DNA from: a virus | Strand: one strand, 5' to 3' | Virus record (IMG/VR): IMGVR_UViG_3300045988_020586 | Length of the DNA: 64,000 nt | The notes under the pieces: model-generated | What the model was told of the DNA's origin: nothing | The model's input: the letters and a program-made list of their open reading frames with translations, nothing else | Database searches by the model: none | Position numbers and translations under genes: made by a program | Shown here: positions 61,995 through 64,000 of the stretch, piece after piece | How the letters are laid out: every line of letters starts with the position of its first letter | Numbering within the stretch: the first letter of the stretch is position 1

Positions 61995-63431
61995 ATGAAT
62001 TTTAAGAAACAACCATTAAAAGGTGTAGAGATACATGGCGCTCCACAAGTTGGTACGCGTACAGTAAATATCTTAATGGGCGAACACGCAAACGAATTTG
62101 TCCGTGGTGATATTATGGATGCTAATGCAGTATTGCAGGCATTTGATGAGCTTAAGGGTAATGTTGATACAGATCATGATACGCTTGAAGAGCTTGTTAA
62201 TGAAATCCATAAAAATGCTAATAATATTAGCAATAATAGCACATAGATACAAAAAGTTGATGCCGCATCAAAGGCTAGAGACGAAAAAGAAGCAAAGGAT
62301 AGAACCGATGCAGATAATGCTCTCGGGGTAAGAATTGACGAAGAGGCAGCTGCTCGTAAGGCAGCAGACGCAGCAGAGTTATCTAGAGCAACACAGGAAG
62401 AGGCTAGACTTGATGCAGCAATTAAAGCTGAGGCTAATACCAGAAAGCTTAACGATGATACTATTACAAGCGCATTAAATGCAGAGATTGCCCGTGCAAA
62501 GGCTGCTGAAAAAGATAATAGTAACTCAATTGCAGCAGAAGCTGCTACAAGAAAGTCAGAAGACGACGCTATTAAGAATCTTCTTCAGAATGAGGTAACT
62601 AGAGCTACTGCTGCAGAGACAACACTTCAGGGTAACATAGATAGAGAAGCTGAAGAAAGAAAGGCAAGCGATAACACTATTACAACTAATCTTAACAATG
62701 AAATAGCAAGAGCAAAAGCTGCCGAAAAAGACAACAAGGATAGGATTGATGTACTTGATGGAGATTCTAACACAGAAGGATCTTATAGAAAAGCTATTAA
62801 AGATCTTATCAACGGCGCTCCAGAAGCATATGACACACTTAAAGAAATTGCTGACAAGCTTGCAGAAAATGATGATCTTCATCAGGCTATTGAAGAAGCT
62901 ATTGCAACAAAAGCCTCTAAGGAAGAGCTTAAAGCAGAATCAAATAGAGCAAAGGCTGCTGAAGCTGATAATGCCGCTGCAATAACAGCAGAGAAGAATA
63001 GAGCTACACAGGCAGAAAGTAATATTACTTCAAATCTCAACAAAGAGATAGATAGAGCCAAGAAGGCAGAGTAGGCTAACACTACAGCTATTACAAGCGA
63101 GGTAACCAGAGCTACTGCTAAGGAGGCAGAGTTATCTAATTCTATCGCTGCCGAAGCTAGTACTGCTAGAGCTGCTGAAAAGGCAAACACAGATAAGATT
63201 AATACAGAAATTCAGGATAGAAAGAACGCTGATACAATACTTAATAACGCAATTAATAAAGAGGTAACAGATAGAACTACTGCAATCTCTAATGCTACAA
63301 CAACTCTGAATAATAGTATTAATCAGGTTAGTACAAATCTTGCTAATCTTACAGCTACTGTAAACAACATTAGTGCATCAGTATCAAATATCACAGCAAT
63401 TAGCACAGATTATATTAACGGTTTAAGCTAA
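61995..63431 (+). CDS. tail fibre / receptor-binding-type protein (478 aa) with 2 in-frame TAG
   Basis: Repeated ..E(I)ARAKAAEKDN.. heptad-like units and ..GAPEAYDTLKEIADKLAEN.. TAG at 62244-62246 and 63072-63074; TAA at 63429-63431. Confidence 0.6.
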
Positions 63432-63437
63432 TAAGAT

Positions 63438-64000
63438 ATGAAAGAGAATATTGAAACAAAAGACGTACAGAGAACCGAGTATCTTGACAAGAATGGTCTT
63501 GATATGTTGTGGGCAAAGGTCAAGGAAAACACACATAATCAGGTTGAAGTAGAAAGAAATAGAGCTGTAGCTAAAGAGAATAGTATAATTGATACAAAAG
63601 CTGATAAATCTGCACTTGATAATTACGTTCTTAGCACCGCTCTTGCAGAATATGCAAAGAAGACAGATATTCCAGAAGTCGACACTAGTGATTTTGTAAG
63701 CAAAACTACTACCGACGCACAAATCATTAATTCTTCCTTAGGTATCGTTGGTGGTGATAAATATATACAAATTGTCGAATCTATTGTAGATGAAGACCCT
63801 GTATTTGCGACTTTATCCCCTGCTCTGTTAGAATTCAATGGTAGTGATAGATCTACTATAGAATTAAATGGTTACGATGTAGATTCTAATAAAAGAAGCA
63901 GGATTACAATAGACGCTTTTAACGAAAATCCGCAGATTTTGTTGAATAACACTTCAATTAGCGACACTACCTTTTAGAACTATCTAGAAATAACCAACAA
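63438..64000 (+). CDS. tail fibre-associated hypothetical protein, 3' end outside the window; TAG 63975-63977 read through
   Basis: Track ORF 63438-63977 continues in frame (..DTTF[TAG]NYLEITN..) to the window edge. Confidence 0.5.

Noticed and set aside
1-64000. CRISPR arrays, integrase/att sites, a reverse transcriptase/DGR, and rRNA genes.
   Set aside because: I saw no regularly spaced direct repeats with unique spacers, no recombinase or RT-like ORF, and no rRNA-like sequence.

Overview
AT-rich phage DNA with tightly packed ORFs and no Shine-Dalgarno sites, most consistent with a crAss-like (Crassvirales-type) phage of Bacteroidota. All codon reading and RNA folding here was done by eye; no searches were run. 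There are three modules. (i) nt 1-22864, + strand: three very large genes that are open only if TAG is read as sense. One is a single 5,373-codon ORF carrying the DFDxD motif of the crAss virion RNA polymerase; another is a 1,945-codon ORF with HExxH. The module ends at a bidirectional terminator. (ii) nt 22910-56496, - strand: replication and early/middle genes, mostly in the standard code. They include a PD-(D/E)XK nuclease, AAA+ ATPase, HNH endonuclease, T7 endonuclease I-like resolvase, primase, SSB, AAA_24 ATPase, DnaB-like helicase, family B DNA polymerase, an ECF sigma factor and many small ORFs. About 5 kb of this module is ORF-free and hairpin-dense, including one 2.16 kb block, tRNAs, aberrant tRNA-like elements and three families of hairpins with conserved loops and covarying stems. 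(iii) nt 56800-64000, + strand: small genes, tRNAs, two HNH-carrying group I intron(-like) elements (one splits dUTPase) and tail-fibre genes, again with in-frame TAG. TAG seems to terminate several leftward genes yet must be read through in one leftward gene and in all rightward late genes. I found no CUA-anticodon suppressor tRNA in this window.
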